From an uncultured Poribacteria bacterium (GTDB lineage: Bacteria > Poribacteria > WGA-4E > WGA-3G): DNA of 64,000 nt. This document shows, piece after piece, positions 48,014 to 57,975 of the stretch. Position numbers and translations under genes: made by a program. Position 1 is the stretch's first letter, and each line of letters begins with the position of its first letter. The stretch spans positions 1,024,001 to 1,088,000 of the forward strand of contig OX638351.1 of NCBI GenBank assembly GCA_951813565.1, given 5' to 3'. The notes under the pieces are model-generated. The model did not search any database and was not told where the DNA came from. It saw only the letters and a program-made list of their open reading frames with translations.

Positions 48014-48828
48014 AAGTTGTCATAATGGGATCAGAGGCATTCAATTTTCGTCTAATTATCCGTTTTAGTTGAAAAGTTGGGACCTAAAAATCGTTCCCAG
48101 ATGCACGAATTGATTGTATTTTTCTTCTCATTTTATTGGAATCATCTCCTTAAAAAGTTACCATACGGTAACTTTTTTCATACCGTGGCAACTTTTTGAA
48201 ATTCGCTATAAGCTCAGTATCTGTAGGGGTTTATAGACATTTTATTTAGATTTTATATTTTTCATCTGCGTTGAGGAACACGGGTTTCCTTTTGCTGGAG
48301 ATATTTTATTTTGATAAGTTTTGCGTTGTCGTCTTTGCATTAGAGAGTTACTTTCGATTTTCGGTGTGTTTGGGGATCGGTTTTCTCTTTTCATACTGAT
48401 ATTATACCAAGCTCTGTGTAGTGATCAGAGGTTTTTGTGGCGTTAGGAACAATAGATATCCAATATATTGACAATAAGTTTGCAGGAAAAATTGGGTTGA
48501 TACGTTTTTTGCATCTTGGATGCGCGTGCATTTTGTTGTCAGCATGGTGGTTGACGCGATTTTTTGGAGTCTTGGGAAAGAAAGAAATCATTGGAGAATT
48601 GAATGGCTCTGATAATGGGATTGCGTAAGAATTCATTTAAAAGATGCGTACACTTTAGAAGACCTCTATACGAAATTTCAGTTGAATTGAAACTATCTCA
48701 AATTCCTTGTAAAGTTTAGACAAAAGTGTGATATAATATCTTTGATCAACATAATATTAAGTGTTTACGCAATGCAGTTTCTGAATAGCTATATGTGTAC
48801 AATTTGGCAATTCTTGGAAGGTAAAATA

Positions 48829-49224
48829 ATGAGTGATAACTCAAGCTACGATGATTTACAAACCCATATCCGTGAACTTAAAACACCATCAATTGAGACA
48901 TGGGAAAATCAGTATAGCCACCGAAATTATAGAATTGAGATTACCAACTTAGAATTTACGGCTATCTGTCCCAAAACAGGATTGCCAGATTACGCTACAA
49001 TCTGTATCACTTACGTTCCAGACCAGCATTGTGTTGAATTGAAGTCGTTGAAGGAGTACTTTGTGTTTTTTAGGGATGTGGGTATTTTCCATGAGCACGT
49101 TGTGAATAAAGTGCTTGAGGATTTTGTTGCGGCGTGTCGACCACGGGAGGCGAAGGTCATAGGTGATTTTAACATCCGCGGTGGGATTAAAACGATCGTG
49201 CGTGCGAGTTATGAGAAGGAATAA
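48829..49224 (+). CDS. queF: preQ0 (7-cyano-7-deazaguanine) reductase
   Basis: EFTAICPKTGLPDY, VELKSLKEY, FHE and RGGI. Confidence 0.95.
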   Translation: MSDNSSYDDLQTHIRELKTPSIETWENQYSHRNYRIEITNLEFTAICPKTGLPDYATICITYVPDQHCVELKSLKEYFVFFRDVGIFHEHVVNKVLEDFVAACRPREAKVIGDFNIRGGIKTIVRASYEKE

Positions 49225-49262
49225 ATTTTGGGACGAATACGAATATCCGCCCCAACAAAGTA

Positions 49263-50291
49263 TTATAAAATCGGTACTGATCGACCTATTCTTGCGGACT
49301 CGTAAAGTGCGTCAAATATTTTTGCCACGTTCAACACCTCTTCTGCTGGTACAGGGGAAGGTAAATCCTTTCGGATAGCCGTGTGGAAAGACTCAAATTC
49401 GCCCGGTAATCCGGTGAGAAGTTTGGGTTCATAATTAACCATCTCATCCTTTTTATCAAGATATATTTGGAGCGGTTCAAAGGTAGCACCTGCTAAATCA
49501 CCCATAAAGAAAGTGCCGCCGATATTCTGAATATGCGATGCCCAAGCGGTTTCTAAAGTCACCGTCAATTCGCCCTCAAACTTGATAGTTCCCATAGCGA
49601 AATCTTCTACCTCAAAGTCTTTAGGATTCCATTTTCCCCACGGATTGATAACGTCGACTCTATCTCCAAATTTCTTTGCTGTCATGCCGAACGCTTCAAT
49701 AGGTTTGGGACAGCCGATCATCCATAGTAGTACATCAAGGATATGTACACCAATGTCAATAAGCGGTCCACCGCCTGCGATAGCTTTGCTTAAAAACGAA
49801 GGGGATGCGGGGACACCGCGCCGTCGCATCGCCATAGCGCGGGCATAGTAGACATCACCAAAAAATCCTTCTTCGTGTAGTTTATGGAGCGTCCGCGCAC
49901 CAGCACCGAATCGAGATTGTAATCCGATTTGTAAAATTTTGCCACTTGCTTTTTGTGCGTCAACCATTGCTTGCCCATCTACCGCATTCGCGGCGATCGG
50001 TTTTTCACAGATAACGTGTTTCCCCGCATTCAAAGCGGCGATAGTCGGTCCAGCATGAAAGTTGTTTGGGGTACAGACACTCACCGCATCTAATTCATCC
50101 ATCTCGACTAACTTTTCGTAATCGGTGAAGACGTTCGGGATGTCATGTTTTTTGGCAAATGCTTTCGCGCGTGCTTTATCAATATCACATGCTGAAATAA
50201 TTGAAACGTCTTTAACGCTGTTATGTCCGGGAAGATGTTTTCCGCCCGCTATGCCCCCGCAGCCAACAATACCCACTTTAATTTTTTTCAT
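49263..50291 (-). CDS. Gfo/Idh/MocA family oxidoreductase
   Basis: GIVGCGGIA, AGKHVICEKP and GGGPLIDIGVHILD. Confidence 0.93.
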   Translation of the reverse strand: MKKIKVGIVGCGGIAGGKHLPGHNSVKDVSIISACDIDKARAKAFAKKHDIPNVFTDYEKLVEMDELDAVSVCTPNNFHAGPTIAALNAGKHVICEKPIAANAVDGQAMVDAQKASGKILQIGLQSRFGAGARTLHKLHEEGFFGDVYYARAMAMRRRGVPASPSFLSKAIAGGGPLIDIGVHILDVLLWMIGCPKPIEAFGMTAKKFGDRVDVINPWGKWNPKDFEVEDFAMGTIKFEGELTVTLETAWASHIQNIGGTFFMGDLAGATFEPLQIYLDKKDEMVNYEPKLLTGLPGEFESFHTAIRKDLPSPVPAEEVLNVAKIFDALYESARIGRSVPIL

Positions 50292-50335
50292 ATTTGTTCC
50301 TTTTATTGAGTGCGAATTCTATTTCGACTATACTA

Positions 50336-50487
50336 ACCTAAGTTGCTACGGACAAGATTTCAAGCTTGCAGACATTGCTTTTTACTGAAAAACAAGGATT
50401 TCCAGCTAATTCTTATGCTTTCTTTTCTAAATCGGGGTTAGAAACCCCTCCTACAAGAGCATTCGCGATATAGGTAGCAACTTGGGT
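50336..50487. mobile_element. MITE family A (152 bp)
   Basis: TIR ACCTAAGTTGCTA/TAGCAACTTGGGT with 7-bp TSD TATACTA. Identical by eye to 56877-57028. Confidence 0.88.
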
Positions 50488-50497
50488 TATACTATAC

Positions 50498-50622
50498 TAT
50501 AGTTTGGACAATTTACATATTGTTCGAGGACTTGCTGAGAAACTGTTAGGTGTCCAATATGAAAACTATATGTTTTTCTCTAACCCAACCTCACGAAAAC
50601 AGCTAAAATTGTCCAAAGTATA
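50498..50622. mobile_element. MITE-like element
   Basis: TIR TATAGTTTGGACAATTT / AAATTGTCCAAAGTATA. Confidence 0.65.
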
Positions 50623-50628
50623 GTATAC

Positions 50629-50904
50629 TATAGTAAAACCTATAATTAATGGGACACTTCTGTAGCGCAAACTTTATGAAGATTAAGAAAATATTTCGGT
50701 AATTCTAATTTTTTCCAAACCCGGTAGGTGCGGTTTCCCAACCGCATCGGAGTTTCTCTAAAATTACTGAATTAATAAATTAATCTTCATTTAGTTTGCG
50801 TCTCATAAGGCACAAACTAAAAGTTTGTGCTACAACTTCTATTGTCCATTATCTTTCCAAGACAAGTTTATCAAAGTGTCCCAATAATTTCAAAGTTCAC
50901 TATA
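50629..50904. mobile_element. MITE family D with nested family C insertion (50676-50790)
   Basis: Reverse complement of 58878-59037, plus an insert bounded by ATGAAGATTAA/TTAATCTTCAT. Confidence 0.8.
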
Positions 50905-51726
50905 AATTGTGACGACTTGTGGTGCTTGTTCCAGCTTCAAATTATGTTCAGCTGCCCACTGTGCTGCTGCGCCACCGCCACCACCAAGAAATTGTTTTCC
51001 AAGGTCATCAACGTTTTTCAGCACATTCTCTTCAGGTTGCTGTTTGTCATTGTAATGCAAAAGATAGCCTTCAGGCTTGAGCCAAGAGTAGTGGTATCCG
51101 TAAATCACAATCTTTGCGGTTTTATCGGTAAAGTTCAGACCTGTAGTGTGATAGATGCGGCTTTCAAAGAAATATGCGTCTCCTGCACGGAGGAGTGGTT
51201 CATCGTAAGGTTCAATCGGGTCAATTTCACCTTCAGGAATGCCCAAAGGTTCACCCGAGGTATGGCTTTTACGGATAAACAGCGTAGCACCAGAATTGGG
51301 CACGTTAAAATCCGTTAAACAATACGCGACCTTCAATCCAACGCGCGGGCAGTTCTTGTGTCCGAGATCTAAATGTACGCCGACATCACGGTGCCACCCG
51401 CGATTCTCAGGCATTTCGTGTGGTTGAGGGAGTTTGTAAAGGAGGGCGGTGTTGGTAATATGTATATTTGTTCCAAGCAGTTGGATCACTAAAGGTATTG
51501 CTTGCGTCTGTGATGTAAGTTCTGCGAAGGCGGGTTCTTGCACCAATCCGTCCCGCTTATGAAGGTAGTGTGCGTCACTTTCAAACGATTCCATGATGCG
51601 GTCACCTGCTTCGGTTAACCGAGCTATGATTTCGTCATCAAGCACCGACCTTACAATAAAATATCCGTTTTCTTCAAATTCATCACGTTGTGCTTCTGTT
51701 AACTGGACGAATTCCATGTGTTTCAC
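50890..51726 (-). CDS. PhyH-family dioxygenase
   Basis: FEENGY, WHRD, SH and YH triad residues. Confidence 0.88.
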   Translation of the reverse strand: MKHMEFVQLTEAQRDEFEENGYFIVRSVLDDEIIARLTEAGDRIMESFESDAHYLHKRDGLVQEPAFAELTSQTQAIPLVIQLLGTNIHITNTALLYKLPQPHEMPENRGWHRDVGVHLDLGHKNCPRVGLKVAYCLTDFNVPNSGATLFIRKSHTSGEPLGIPEGEIDPIEPYDEPLLRAGDAYFFESRIYHTTGLNFTDKTAKIVIYGYHYSWLKPEGYLLHYNDKQQPEENVLKNVDDLGKQFLGGGGGAAAQWAAEHNLKLEQAPQVVTIYSEL

Positions 51727-52019
51727 TCCTTAGTTGCCTTAAACGATTGAGGATATGGTATCATAAATAAAAGTTGGTGTCTATTAAATATATGAAGTAA
51801 ACAGAGCTATTTAGTTTTCGGTTTTTCTGCTATATTTTTTCACATTTCTATATAAAGTTATCTGTAGGTCGAGTTTCACTACTGCTCTACCCGACGGACA
51901 ATATAAACTTTCAGTAACACACATCAACTGAAATTCTTAAAACTAAATGAACTAATACCTTACAGTCTATCTCATAAATCGTTGAATACGGTTCCCTACA
52001 CAGGATCTACGCATTTCCC

Positions 52020-52048
52020 TTGACACTCCATCAAAAATTCCGTATAAT
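52020..52048 (+). promoter_or_regulatory. Consensus sigma70 promoter of nusB
   Basis: TTGACA-N17-TATAAT. Confidence 0.7.
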
Positions 52049-52088
52049 ATAACACAGCATAAACACAATTAAAAAATATGGAACCCTG

Positions 52089-52502
52089 ATGCCCTCTCGT
52101 AGACAGTCGCGCATCGTCGCGATGCAAATGCTATATCAGATTCACCTCACTGGTGAACCGATCCAACTCGTTATTGAACAGTTTTGGCAGAGCCAAGAAA
52201 TATCAGCAGAACTCAGACTGTTTGCTCAACAACTTCTTGAAGGCACCACTTCAAATCTTGAAACGATAGATGTTGAACTTCAAGCCACCTCCAAAAATTG
52301 GAAACTCCACCGCATGCCTCTCGTAGACTTGTGTATCCTTCGGATCGCAACGTATGAAATCCTCTATATCAACGAAATTGATGCCGCAACTTCAATCAAC
52401 GAAGCGGTTGAAATTGCCAAATCGTATAGCACCCCGAATTCCCCAAAATTTGTCAACGGAGTCCTTGACAACATACGAAAAAGACATCAGGAGTTACAAT
52501 AA
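52089..52502 (+). CDS. nusB: Transcription antitermination factor NusB
   Basis: RRQSR..AMQMLYQ, ILRIATYE, INEAVEIAK and FVNGVLD. Confidence 0.97.
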   Translation: MPSRRQSRIVAMQMLYQIHLTGEPIQLVIEQFWQSQEISAELRLFAQQLLEGTTSNLETIDVELQATSKNWKLHRMPLVDLCILRIATYEILYINEIDAATSINEAVEIAKSYSTPNSPKFVNGVLDNIRKRHQELQ

Positions 52503-52572
52503 CCCAGTTTCTCCAGAGGCAAAACCTCTACTTTCAAAGATCGGACGTAAAAACCCCTTCTATAAAATTTAA

Positions 52573-54360
52573 ATGTTAAAACTAAAAATCCTAACACTAT
52601 CCATTCTATTGTTAATTCCGTTGAACCTGAGTGCTGCACAAGAGTTCAAATTCGTAGGAGTATTCGGTGGAAAAGGGGAAGGAGAAGCACAATTCGCGAA
52701 AACCTTGTTTATGGCATTCGGACCTGATAAGGCTATCTATATAACGGATACAGACAACTTCAAAATTCATAAGTTCACAGAGACTGGAGTTTTCGTCTTT
52801 GACATTGAGGTGGCAGATTCCTCGGGGTTTAGATTCATCAACCCTACTGCTATTACTATTGGAATGGATAGTTCTGTTTATGTGATGGATTGGGTGTTAA
52901 AACACATTTCAGGCACAGACGATCCTAAAATCTACAACTACGGCCCCTGTGTCCATAAATTTGATGCACAAGGTCAATTTGTCGCCACTTATCCGATACA
53001 GGATTTCAGTAAAAGACTCACTAACCTTGAAGCGGGCGCGCCCGGTCTGGATAGCGAAGGCAAATATGCACTCATTATCCCACATGGCGACACAAAGCGC
53101 GAATTTTTACTTGCCGTAGATGTTCAGAATAACCTCTATGTTTATGATGATGGCTTAATCTACAAACTTGATGCGAATGGCAAGCCAATTGCTCGCTATG
53201 TTATTGCGCAACCGGGTGCTGGACAGGCAATTCATCCAGCTGATATGACTGTGGACAAAGCAGGAAACCTATACGTTGTGGATAAAAGGGGGCATCGGGT
53301 AGTGAAATATAGTCCGGAAGGAGAGTTTTTGCTCGCGTTTGGTAAATATGGAGATGCAGCCGGACAATTTATTGCACCATTCCGCATTGCGGCATTAAAG
53401 GACGGGACTCTCCTTGTTGCTGACAAGGCGAAGTATCTAAAGGATTTCGTCTCCACACTCCCAAAACGGCTTGATGACCCTACCCCACGCTATGATGGTT
53501 ATGTAAGGTCGTTTCGTTATCGGCTACGCAGAATCCAACGGTTTACAAATGATGGTAAGTATACCCAAAAGTTGCTCGTGCCTTTTCAACGAGAGGCTGA
53601 AACAGATGTCGCACTACAACTCAAAGGTATTGACCAAAGCGGTAATTTATATTATCTCAATCCAACAGCGTTAAGGTTCAGGAAATATGCTCCAACCACA
53701 TCCCTTTTCTCTTCAATGTTCCAAACCGAACTGAAACTTCGCTATACGCGCGAGTTACACGACATAGAAATTGACAATCAGGATGATCTTGACGCGGATT
53801 TATATACTAAATCCGATTTTGATGAGCAAATTATTCAAGACTCAGCAGGGGCAAATTTAACCTTTTCTTATGATTTTAATGAAAATTATCGGCTTGCGCT
53901 GTCCAACCAACTTAGGTTTATTCGAATGACTGATACGAGTTATTACCGAGCACAGGATTTTGAGGATTTCCGTGGCACTTTCAATCAAGACGATAGAACA
54001 ACGGAATCGTCTTGGGATAACCGAGTGCAGTTAGATTTTACTTGGATACGTGACCACAGCGTATACAATTATCGTGAGGCGCGGATTTATGCATACCTTA
54101 GTACAATCCGTCTTGATTTTATCAACGACGCACTTGATAGAAGTAATTTCAGATTTTTTGATTTCTACGCGAGGCTTTCAGACTGGGGCGGAGGTATCTA
54201 TTACGACTTAAGCCGAAAGTTCCGTTTGAACTTAGAAATAACCCACTTCTTTGGGAAAAATAGATATACATATATTGATGAAACAAACGACCTCTATGCC
54301 ACAGGATTTCAGCAAGCGGACACGATACGCGCTGTTTTGTTCATCAATGGATTTTTTTAA
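52573..54360 (+). CDS. Secreted NHL-repeat protein with C-terminal putative outer-membrane beta-strand domain
   Basis: Signal peptide (LSA|A), NHL repeats, amphipathic aromatic strands and terminal F. Confidence 0.75.
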   Translation: MLKLKILTLSILLLIPLNLSAAQEFKFVGVFGGKGEGEAQFAKTLFMAFGPDKAIYITDTDNFKIHKFTETGVFVFDIEVADSSGFRFINPTAITIGMDSSVYVMDWVLKHISGTDDPKIYNYGPCVHKFDAQGQFVATYPIQDFSKRLTNLEAGAPGLDSEGKYALIIPHGDTKREFLLAVDVQNNLYVYDDGLIYKLDANGKPIARYVIAQPGAGQAIHPADMTVDKAGNLYVVDKRGHRVVKYSPEGEFLLAFGKYGDAAGQFIAPFRIAALKDGTLLVADKAKYLKDFVSTLPKRLDDPTPRYDGYVRSFRYRLRRIQRFTNDGKYTQKLLVPFQREAETDVALQLKGIDQSGNLYYLNPTALRFRKYAPTTSLFSSMFQTELKLRYTRELHDIEIDNQDDLDADLYTKSDFDEQIIQDSAGANLTFSYDFNENYRLALSNQLRFIRMTDTSYYRAQDFEDFRGTFNQDDRTTESSWDNRVQLDFTWIRDHSVYNYREARIYAYLSTIRLDFINDALDRSNFRFFDFYARLSDWGGGIYYDLSRKFRLNLEITHFFGKNRYTYIDETNDLYATGFQQADTIRAVLFINGFF

Positions 54361-54904
54361 TATAGTTTCGACTAACCACAATTCAGTGCTGAGAGTATAT
54401 CTATTCGTTAGCATTGACTTCCCCAGACAAAATACGCTTCTGCCCTGACTGCGCGTATCATTCACACCATTTCCCACCTAATCCGCTTGGAACTATAGTA
54501 AATCTAAACATCTCTACACATTTCCTTTTGATTTACAGCGGTTGTAGTTGTGCAATTCATGCAACTCATGCTTACAGTAAAATCTAAAAATATATGAACA
54601 CCTACCATAATGTGAAAATAATTTTGGATTCTACTATAATTTAACACAAAATTCGCTTATAAGTGATGAAAATTTTCCAATTAGGCATAATAAAACTATA
54701 TGTACATTGAATCTAAAAAGAAAAAGTTTGCAATTTTACGAAAAATAACGTATGATTATACGTTACAAGTGAACAATGAGTAGGTATAATCAGAACAACA
54801 GTGATGTAATTCCTATTCAAAAAACGAAATATTGGAAAAGAAACACATCTTCAGATTCTGAAACTATTATTGCAAAGAAATATGCAATTAACAGGAGACA
54901 TACT

Positions 54905-55753
54905 ATGGCAACTTTTGGAACGGGCGACTACCAATATGAGGTAGTGGAAGGTTGGGGTATGATTCCACAACTCGGTCTCGTTTCTGGCGTAGCATGTGAC
55001 TCAAATGACCGTGTTTATGTCTACAACCGCAGTCCACAACCTGCTATGCTGGTTTTTGAAGCAGATGGAACTTTCGTAGCAGAATGGGGCAAGGATATTT
55101 TCCAAAAGCCACACGGTATCTGGATTAGCCCCGAAGATGAAATCTGGACGACAGACACGATTGATCATACTGTGCGAAAGTTCTCGCTTGATGGTGAATT
55201 ATTACAAACGTTCGGCACCGTCAATCAACCGGGTGCACCGGGAACGCCTTTTAATCAACCGACACGTGCTGTTCTCTCAACTTCTGGAGAGATGTATGTC
55301 TCTGATGGCTACGGACAATCGCGAGTTCACAGAATGACTGCCGATGGCGAAGTTATCGTTTCGTGGGGCGCACCCGGAACAGGTCCGGGAGAATTCAACC
55401 TGCCGCACGATGTTACAGTGGACCATAATGATCGGGTCTACATCCTTGATCGAGGCAACCTACGATGCCAGATTTTTAACAATGATGGTGAATTTCTGAC
55501 GGAGTGGACTGACCTTGGTTCACCTAACGACCTATTTATTGATCCCGATAATATCATTCACATCGCTGAAGCACGGCAAAACATCTGTATCATGACTCTT
55601 GATGGTGAAATAATCGGGAGGTGGGGCGAAAAAGGCACAGCACCGGGTCAATTTAGTGATTCGCCACACGGTATTTGGATTGATTCAAAAGGAGACATCT
55701 ATGTCAGCGAAGTTATCGCTGAAAGACGTTTCCAAAAGTTCGCGAGGGTTTAA
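54905..55753 (+). CDS. NHL-repeat protein (peptidyl-alpha-hydroxyglycine amidating lyase-like)
   Basis: PHGI, YVSDGYG, FNLPH and DRGN. AGGAG SD before ATG 54905. Confidence 0.88.
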   Translation: MATFGTGDYQYEVVEGWGMIPQLGLVSGVACDSNDRVYVYNRSPQPAMLVFEADGTFVAEWGKDIFQKPHGIWISPEDEIWTTDTIDHTVRKFSLDGELLQTFGTVNQPGAPGTPFNQPTRAVLSTSGEMYVSDGYGQSRVHRMTADGEVIVSWGAPGTGPGEFNLPHDVTVDHNDRVYILDRGNLRCQIFNNDGEFLTEWTDLGSPNDLFIDPDNIIHIAEARQNICIMTLDGEIIGRWGEKGTAPGQFSDSPHGIWIDSKGDIYVSEVIAERRFQKFARV

Positions 55754-55758
55754 TAATT

Positions 55759-56643
55759 TTGAAAAAGCACTACCTTTATATACTCAGTCTTATTTTTCTT
55801 GCTATTGTAGCATGCACCTTAGCTTTTGCTGATGGGAATCATGAACATTCAGGTGAACAGATAAAAAAGTTGATAACCCAACCGCTAACACTACAATTAG
55901 CGATTATCGCCTTAGTTGTGTCATTTATATTGGGTGGATTACATGCCTTGACACCGGGACACGGCAAAGCGGTTGTGGCGGCGTATCTCGTTGGCACGAA
56001 GGGCAGGATAATTGACGCAGTTTTCCTTGGTCTAATTGTCACCTTTACGCATACCTTCAGCGTTATCACACTTGGTTTTGTACTACTCTTTGCAAAAGAT
56101 CGTTTTGCACAAGAAGATATTGTGCTTTGGTTAAGCCTAATCTCTGGTCTATTGATTGTCTGTATCGGGGGATGGCTGCTCGCAAAAAATATGAAGCAGT
56201 ATTACGGTGGTAAGGCACACAGCCACGGACACGATCACCATACGCATGACCATGCTCACTCACATGGACATTCACACAGTCATGGAGATGGACATACACA
56301 TAGCCATGTTCCTTCAGAACGCACCGGTTTCTGGGCATTGCTATCGCTCGGTATTTCTGGTGGTATTGTGCCGTGTGTAGATGCACTTATCGGGCTCCTA
56401 TTCGCCATTACCCTTGATAAACTTACATGGGGTGTTATTATTCTGTGTGCTTTCTCTCTTGGACTTGCCGCTGTGTTGGTTGCCATCGGCATCCTAATGG
56501 TAATGGCGAAACCGGTTATTGAACGTTTTACGGGAGAAGGCATCTGGCTAAAACGTTTACCAATTATTAGTGCCACCGTTGTTATCGTGCTTGGTGCTGT
56601 ATTAGTATTCAAGGCACTTAACGATGTAGGGATACAGATTTAA
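55759..56643 (+). CDS. RcnA/NiCoT-family Ni/Co transporter with His-rich loop
   Basis: LHALTPGHGK, THT, poly-His loop and GGIVPC. Confidence 0.9.
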   Translation: MKKHYLYILSLIFLAIVACTLAFADGNHEHSGEQIKKLITQPLTLQLAIIALVVSFILGGLHALTPGHGKAVVAAYLVGTKGRIIDAVFLGLIVTFTHTFSVITLGFVLLFAKDRFAQEDIVLWLSLISGLLIVCIGGWLLAKNMKQYYGGKAHSHGHDHHTHDHAHSHGHSHSHGDGHTHSHVPSERTGFWALLSLGISGGIVPCVDALIGLLFAITLDKLTWGVIILCAFSLGLAAVLVAIGILMVMAKPVIERFTGEGIWLKRLPIISATVVIVLGAVLVFKALNDVGIQI

Positions 56644-56660
56644 GCTATACGGTGGAATAT

Positions 56661-56795
56661 TATAGTGGATTCTACAATTAACTGGACATCTGAGCTGTCC
56701 GAGGGAACTCCGATTCCCTACTATTAGTGGTTTCGTCGCGATTCGGAGATCGCTCCTACAGAATATATGTGAACTTATTTACATAATTTACTATA
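56661..56795. repeat. TATAGT-ended element with REP-like hairpins
   Basis: TATAGTGGATT...AATTTACTATA. Internal GGGAACTCCGATTCCC also occurs inverted at about 2571-2586. Confidence 0.5.
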
Positions 56796-56876
56796 AAAAT
56801 CGAAAGACATCTACTGGTAGGCGCGCTTATAAAGCGCGCCGATTCACGGTGTATAACAAATTGTGCATCTATCATA

Positions 56877-57028
56877 ACCTAAGTTGCTACGGACAAGATT
56901 TCAAGCTTGCAGACATTGCTTTTTACTGAAAAACAAGGATTTCCAGCTAATTCTTATGCTTTCTTTTCTAAATCGGGGTTAGAAACCCCTCCTACAAGAG
57001 CATTCGCGATATAGGTAGCAACTTGGGT
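56877..57028. mobile_element. MITE family A (152 bp)
   Basis: Same sequence as 50336-50487, with 7-bp TSD TATCATA. Confidence 0.88.
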
Positions 57029-57069
57029 TATCATAGTCAGAATAGTGAACACTTATTTTAAAGAAAATT

Positions 57070-57951
57070 ATGTCTAAAACCATCGGAATTTTAAGCCCTG
57101 GCGATATGGGACACACCGTCGGAGATGTCCTTCGTCAAAATGGTTTACGCGTTATCAGCTGTCTTGAAGGGAGAAGCCAACGCACTCGTGACCTTGCACA
57201 AAAAGTAGGGATTGTGGATGTGCAGACGTATCCTGAATTTGTCAACGAAGCGGACCTAATTCTATCAATTATGGTGCCGGCACAAGCGATGAACGCCGCT
57301 GAGTTAGTCGCCGAAATACTACAACAGACTGAGACAAACTTAACGTATGTAGATTGTAATGCTATCGCACCACAGACAGTTCGCAAATTAGGAGAGGTTA
57401 TTACATCAGCAGGAGGAATTTTTGTTGATGCATCCATCATCGGACCGCCACCGCGAAGACCGGGGGCAACCCGCTTCTACGCTTCGGGACCGAACCTTGA
57501 TGCTTTCTCTGAGTTGAGTCATTACGGATTAGATGTACGGACGCTCGGAGACGAGATCGGACTCGCTTCGGCGATTAAAATGTGCTACGCTTCTTTGACA
57601 AAAGGATTAACTGCACTTTGCACCGAATTGCTCACAGCAGCAGAGGCGTTAGGCGTATCAGATGCACTTACAGAAGAATTTAAATTGAGTCAGGCAGCAC
57701 TTTATGAACGGATGGAAAGAGGATTACCCAGCATGCCGCCGAAAGCGAGACGCTGGATTGGCGAAATGGAAGAAATATCAGATACTTTTGCACATGTCGG
57801 GTTAACACCAAATATTTTGGCAGGTGCAGCAGATATGTACCGGCTTGTTAGTGAGACACACCTTGCAGACCTATCACCAGAGGCACGGGACCAGTTTCCT
57901 ACGCTGGCAGAATTGATTGCAGTCTTGGCAGAACAAATAGAGAAAAAATAG
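57070..57951 (+). CDS. NAD(P)-dependent oxidoreductase (6PGDH NAD-binding plus DUF1932)
   Basis: GILSPGDMG, DCNAIAP, IIGPPP, ASAIKMCYA..TKG and RWIGEMEEI. Confidence 0.88.
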   Translation: MSKTIGILSPGDMGHTVGDVLRQNGLRVISCLEGRSQRTRDLAQKVGIVDVQTYPEFVNEADLILSIMVPAQAMNAAELVAEILQQTETNLTYVDCNAIAPQTVRKLGEVITSAGGIFVDASIIGPPPRRPGATRFYASGPNLDAFSELSHYGLDVRTLGDEIGLASAIKMCYASLTKGLTALCTELLTAAEALGVSDALTEEFKLSQAALYERMERGLPSMPPKARRWIGEMEEISDTFAHVGLTPNILAGAADMYRLVSETHLADLSPEARDQFPTLAELIAVLAEQIEKK

Positions 57952-57975
57952 TTTCGTGAATAGAAGGACATAGCG

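Noticed and set aside
48391..48636. Short overlapping ORFs on both strands
   Set aside because: No recognisable motifs or ribosome-binding sites, so they cannot be supported.
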